DNA of 55,115 bases. Source: Spirochaetia bacterium (GTDB taxonomy: Bacteria > Spirochaetota > Spirochaetia > CADAEX01). The notes under the pieces are model-generated. The model worked only from the letters and a program-made list of their open reading frames with translations. It did not search any database and was not told the DNA's origin. Below, one piece after another: positions 51,436 through 55,115 of the stretch. The translations under genes and the position numbers were made by a program. Positions within the stretch are counted from its first letter, which is position 1. Each line of letters starts with the position of its first letter. The stretch spans positions 1 through 55,115 of the forward strand of contig CAXXHA010000018.1 in NCBI GenBank assembly GCA_963662265.2, given 5' to 3'.

Positions 51436-52840
51436 TATAGATATGCATGAAAAGCAGAAAAAGCTTAAATCAGGGCTTGAATATATCGGGGTTGACAGAA
51501 TTGACGGACCTCTTGTTTTTGTAAAGAATACACATCCTGTGGGATACAGGGAACTTGTTGAGGTTGTAGATCCTGAAGGACATACAAGACTTGGTCTTGT
51601 TCTCGATACATCGGATGATGTTGTATGTGTCCAGGTTTTTGAAGGTACATCAGGCCTTACAATGCCGGATACTCATGTAAGGTTTAAGGGAGAACCTCTT
51701 AACCTTGGTGTAAGTGAAAAGATGCTCGGCCGTGTATTCAACGGACTTGGACAGCCTATCGACAACGGACCAGCGCCTGTTGCAGAGGCTGAGCTTGATG
51801 TAAACGGTATGGCTATAAACCCGACAGCCCGTGAATACCCGAGAGACTTCATACAGACAGGTTTTTCTGTAATAGACGGTATGAATACCCTTATCAGGGG
51901 GCAGAAGCTGCCTATTTTCTCAGGAAACGGTCTTCCCCACAATGAGCTTGCAGCCCAGATTGCAAGGCAGGCAAAGATCAAGGGGTCAAAGTCAAACTTT
52001 GCAGTTGTATTTGCTGCAATGGGTGTTAAGCATGATGTTGCAAGATACTTTGTAAGATCATTCGAGGAGACAGGGGTACTCGACAATGTAGCTCTTTTCC
52101 TGTCACTTGCAGATGACCCTTCAATTGAAAGAACTATTACTCCGCGAACAGCGCTCACTCTTGCCGAGCACCTGGCTTTCAACAAGGGAATGCATGTTCT
52201 TGTAATTATGACAGATATGGCAAACTACTGTGAGTCTCTTCGTGAGATCTCAACTATCAGGGGCGAGATACCATCAAGAAAGGGATATCCCGGTTATCTC
52301 TACTCAGACCTTGCAGAACTCTATGAGAGATCAGGTATGGTAAAAGGATTCACCGGTTCTATCACACAGCTTCCTATTCTTACAATGCCGAATGATGATA
52401 TTTCTCATCCGATTCCTGACCTCACAGGTTATATTACGGAAGGTCAGATTGTATTTGAGAGAGAGATGAACAGCCGTGGTATTTATCCGCCGGTTGCAGG
52501 TCTTCCTTCACTTTCAAGGCTTATGAAAGACGGTATTGGAGATGGTATGACAAGAGATGATCATCCTCACCTTGCAAGTCAGCTGTTTGCCGCATATTCT
52601 TATGTTAAGGATGTAAGAAACCTGGCATCTGTAATCGGGGAAGAGGAGCTTACTCCTCTTGATCATCAGTATCTCGAATTCGGTGAAGCATTTGAAAGAA
52701 GATTTGTTTCACAGAAAATGGATGAAGACCGGACTATTGAAGAAACACTCAACATTGGTTGGGAATGCCTTTCAATGCTGCCAGAGGAAGAACTTCACAG
52801 AGTTACTGAAGAAGAAATTGAAAAATACTACGGAAGATAA
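51428..52840 (+). CDS. atpB: V/A-type ATPase subunit B
   Basis: [34 protein letters not shown] and PSLSRLMK; start at 51428 or 51443. Confidence 0.97.
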   Translation: MPSIDMHEKQKKLKSGLEYIGVDRIDGPLVFVKNTHPVGYRELVEVVDPEGHTRLGLVLDTSDDVVCVQVFEGTSGLTMPDTHVRFKGEPLNLGVSEKMLGRVFNGLGQPIDNGPAPVAEAELDVNGMAINPTAREYPRDFIQTGFSVIDGMNTLIRGQKLPIFSGNGLPHNELAAQIARQAKIKGSKSNFAVVFAAMGVKHDVARYFVRSFEETGVLDNVALFLSLADDPSIERTITPRTALTLAEHLAFNKGMHVLVIMTDMANYCESLREISTIRGEIPSRKGYPGYLYSDLAELYERSGMVKGFTGSITQLPILTMPNDDISHPIPDLTGYITEGQIVFEREMNSRGIYPPVAGLPSLSRLMKDGIGDGMTRDDHPHLASQLFAAYSYVKDVRNLASVIGEEELTPLDHQYLEFGEAFERRFVSQKMDEDRTIEETLNIGWECLSMLPEEELHRVTEEEIEKYYGR

Positions 52841-53481
52841 TGAGAAATAATGTTGCTCCTACAAAGACAAACCTGCTCTCACTCGGACAGGAGCTGAAGT
52901 TTGCAAAACTCGGTTATGAGCTTCTTGATCAGAAAAGAAATATTCTGATTATCGAACTCTTAAACCTTGTTGACCAGGCCTCTGATCATGAGGATAAGGT
53001 CAACAAGGCTCTTTCCGAGGCATACAGAACTCTTGAAGAGGCAGTTCTGCACATGGGGAAGCTCAAAGTAACCCAGGTGGCAAGCGCTATAAATATTGAG
53101 AGCCAGGTTAATATCTCCCAGCGTAAGGTAATGGGAGTGGGGCTCCCTGTGGTAGATACATCTTTTGAAGATTATCCCCCCTATTACAGCCCCATGGGTA
53201 CAAGTTTCTGGATTGACAGCTCTCTCGAGGATTTTAAATCTGTACTCCAGGTAATGGGAAAACTCGCAGAGCTGAAGATTTCCATAATGCGGCTTGCACG
53301 GGAAGTTAAGAAAACTATCCGAAAGGTAAATGCTCTTGAAAAAATTGCTATACCTGAGCTTCAGGAGACTGTAAAATATATAGAGAACCGTCTTGAAGAA
53401 AATGAGAGGGACATGATTATCCTTCTTAAAATGGTCAAGACAAGGCTTGAAAAAAAGAAAGCTAAAATGAAACAAAAATGA
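52840..53481 (+). CDS. atpD: V/A-type ATPase subunit D
   Basis: PTK..L......A..G..LL..KR and T.RKVNALEK..IP.......I...LEE.ER. Confidence 0.95.
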   Translation: MRNNVAPTKTNLLSLGQELKFAKLGYELLDQKRNILIIELLNLVDQASDHEDKVNKALSEAYRTLEEAVLHMGKLKVTQVASAINIESQVNISQRKVMGVGLPVVDTSFEDYPPYYSPMGTSFWIDSSLEDFKSVLQVMGKLAELKISIMRLAREVKKTIRKVNALEKIAIPELQETVKYIENRLEENERDMIILLKMVKTRLEKKKAKMKQK

Positions 53482-53522
53482 TTGCACGAATTTGAAAAAT
53501 TCGGCATGCTACAGGAGATACT

Positions 53523-54011
53523 ATGGATGGACCTGTAAATAAAATTATGGTATATGTTGATGGGTCAGAGCAGTCAATTACTGCAGCTCAGTATGCAGTT
53601 TGTCTTGCAAGATCAACAGGGGCTGAGCTTTATGCTCTTTACATTGTAAACACAAGAGCACTTTCAGACCTTGTAAATGCGAGAATATTCCTTCAGGCTG
53701 AACAGGAGGAATATCAGCACGATCTTGAATCTGACGCAGACAGATATCTTCAGCATGCAAAACAGATGGGACGAGACAAGGGAGTTGCTGTAAAAACTCT
53801 CAAGGCATCCGGTACTGTTAATGTTGAAATTAAAAATATGGTCAAGGAAAATGAAATTGATCTTCTTATCATAGGGGAGCTGTCAAAAATAAGAAGCCGG
53901 CGTGATGAGCTTTATAACGAGACAGAAAGGGCAATGAGAAGTGTTCCATGCTCTGTTCTTATGGTGAAAGATGAAGATTATGTCTGGGATGTTTATAACA
54001 AACTTACTTAA
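53523..54011 (+). CDS. Universal stress protein
   Basis: KIMVYVDGSEQS..AA..A, DLLIIG and VPCSVLMVK. Confidence 0.9.
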   Translation: MDGPVNKIMVYVDGSEQSITAAQYAVCLARSTGAELYALYIVNTRALSDLVNARIFLQAEQEEYQHDLESDADRYLQHAKQMGRDKGVAVKTLKASGTVNVEIKNMVKENEIDLLIIGELSKIRSRRDELYNETERAMRSVPCSVLMVKDEDYVWDVYNKLT

Positions 54012-54024
54012 GAAGGATGGATAA

Positions 54025-54474
54025 ATGGCTATTGTTGATTTAATCTCCAGTGATGTAATTAAAGTTCCAGTAAAATCTGTTACAAAGACAGAAATAATCA
54101 GGGAACTTGTTGATGTTCTGGATAAAGCCGGAAAAATTAAAGATAAAGACAGTGTTTATAATGCTGTCATTGCAAGAGAAAACATGGGAAGCACCGGACT
54201 TGAAAAAGGAATTGCAGTACCTCATGCTAAAACTGATAAGGTGAACAGCCTTACAATGGCAATAGGCATTGCTCCTGAAGGTGTTGATTTTGATTCACTT
54301 GACGGTGAGCCTTCAAAACTCTTTTTTCTCCTGCTTGCTCAGCCGGACCAGTCAGGTCCGCATATTGAAGCACTTGCTGAAATTGCACGAATAACAAGAT
54401 CTGCAAGCTTCTGCAGATTATTGCTTGCTTCTGAAAGTGCTGACGAAGTTGTTGAGCTTTTTACAGAAGATTAA
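54025..54474 (+). CDS. PTS EIIA (Ntr/fructose-type) domain protein
   Basis: RE..GSTGL..GIAVPHAK (phospho-His), FDSLDG and H..AL. Confidence 0.92.
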   Translation: MAIVDLISSDVIKVPVKSVTKTEIIRELVDVLDKAGKIKDKDSVYNAVIARENMGSTGLEKGIAVPHAKTDKVNSLTMAIGIAPEGVDFDSLDGEPSKLFFLLLAQPDQSGPHIEALAEIARITRSASFCRLLLASESADEVVELFTED

Positions 54475-54539
54475 AAGACATTATTGTTAATTCATAATGA
54501 ATACTGCAGCGATTCTGCTGTAATTGTTTATACCAATAG

Positions 54540-54567
54540 AAAAGCTGCATCATAGGTGCAGCTTTTT
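54540..54567. terminator. Bidirectional Rho-independent terminator
   Basis: aaaagctgcat-cata-ggtgcagcttttt between convergent genes. Confidence 0.75.
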
Positions 54568-54622
54568 GTTTTATGTACAAGTGACGTTGCAAAATAACAA
54601 TAATATACTGTAACTGTGTTTT

Positions 54623-55115
54623 TTATTTTATATGTTCGGATACTTTTCTGAAATGAAGCCCGTAAACAGCAAGAGTAATTGCAGTTGATATTTTAGCAGG
54701 ATAATTTTTAAGAGTACTGCGGATCAGTTTCCAGAACTGTAATTTTCCTCTGTTCTGAAAAAGGCCCAGCATAATTACAGCTTTAAATGCAGTAAGCAGT
54801 TTTCTTTTCCTCTGCAAATTGAAATTAATTTCAGGTAATTTATATTCAGAGAGAAAAGTCATAACTCTTTCAAGATAATGTCTCGGTGAATATATCTTTT
54901 TTACCAGATTTTCATAGTTTTTAATAAGTTTGATTGGATTCATCTTTGTAATGAAGTTCAGACTGCCGTCAGTATTATTCCCTGTTGATCCTTTTAATAT
55001 TCTGTTTTCTGCTTTAAGTCTTTTATATAATCTTGTACCGTACGGAGCATTCAACAGTCCTACCATTGCATTTACTATTCCGCTTTTCTGTATGAAATCG
55101 AACTGTCTGCTGAAA
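54623..55115 (-). CDS. B12-binding radical SAM protein with DUF4070-like C-terminus (3' part only)
   Basis: ...QFDFIQKSGIVNAMVGLLNAPYGTRLYKRL..ENR...GNNT...NF...Y.P..Y..R; the frame is open to the right edge. Confidence 0.75.
   Translation of the reverse strand, partial: FSRQFDFIQKSGIVNAMVGLLNAPYGTRLYKRLKAENRILKGSTGNNTDGSLNFITKMNPIKLIKNYENLVKKIYSPRHYLERVMTFLSEYKLPEINFNLQRKRKLLTAFKAVIMLGLFQNRGKLQFWKLIRSTLKNYPAKISTAITLAVYGLHFRKVSEHIK

Noticed and set aside
1-55115. rRNA, tRNA, integrase, transposase or prophage genes
   Set aside because: None was recognisable by eye. tRNAscan-SE and Infernal runs would be needed to exclude small RNAs formally.

Overview
A 55 kb, AT-rich bacterial chromosomal segment that looks like a free-living Spirochaetia genome. 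The evidence is 'FAGGSKE' signal-peptide ends on solute-binding proteins, polA-coaE-SPOR synteny, fliS, and a V/A-type ATPase operon followed by usp and PTS EIIA. In order, it holds: a partial APC permease; an atypical RpiB-family isomerase with a split transketolase; a candidate ~72-nt sRNA; a GntR-controlled TRAP/opine dehydrogenase/racemase-family catabolic operon with a perfect 34-bp operator; a stand-alone SIR2-like protein; a coupled pair of cNMP-GGDEF genes; tag; a polar amino-acid ABC transporter preceded by ARG boxes; ybjQ; a propeller-deacetylase protein; fliS; polA-coaE-SPOR; an FAD oxidoreductase preceded by twin 24-bp palindromes; dprA-comM-yraN; pyrK-pyrD-carA-carB with many frameshifts (probably sequencing errors); a metallophosphoesterase; an aminotransferase; a complete V-type ATPase operon; usp; EIIA; and a partial radical SAM gene. 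The best candidate for an undescribed system is 13316-16527. Its two GGDEF domains have lost complementary catalytic residues, and the second is fused to a DHH/DHHA1 phosphodiesterase. This suggests an asymmetric, cNMP-gated nucleotide-signal synthase with its own eraser. No rRNA, tRNA, CRISPR array or intact transposase was seen. All calls come from reading motifs by eye; no database searches were run.
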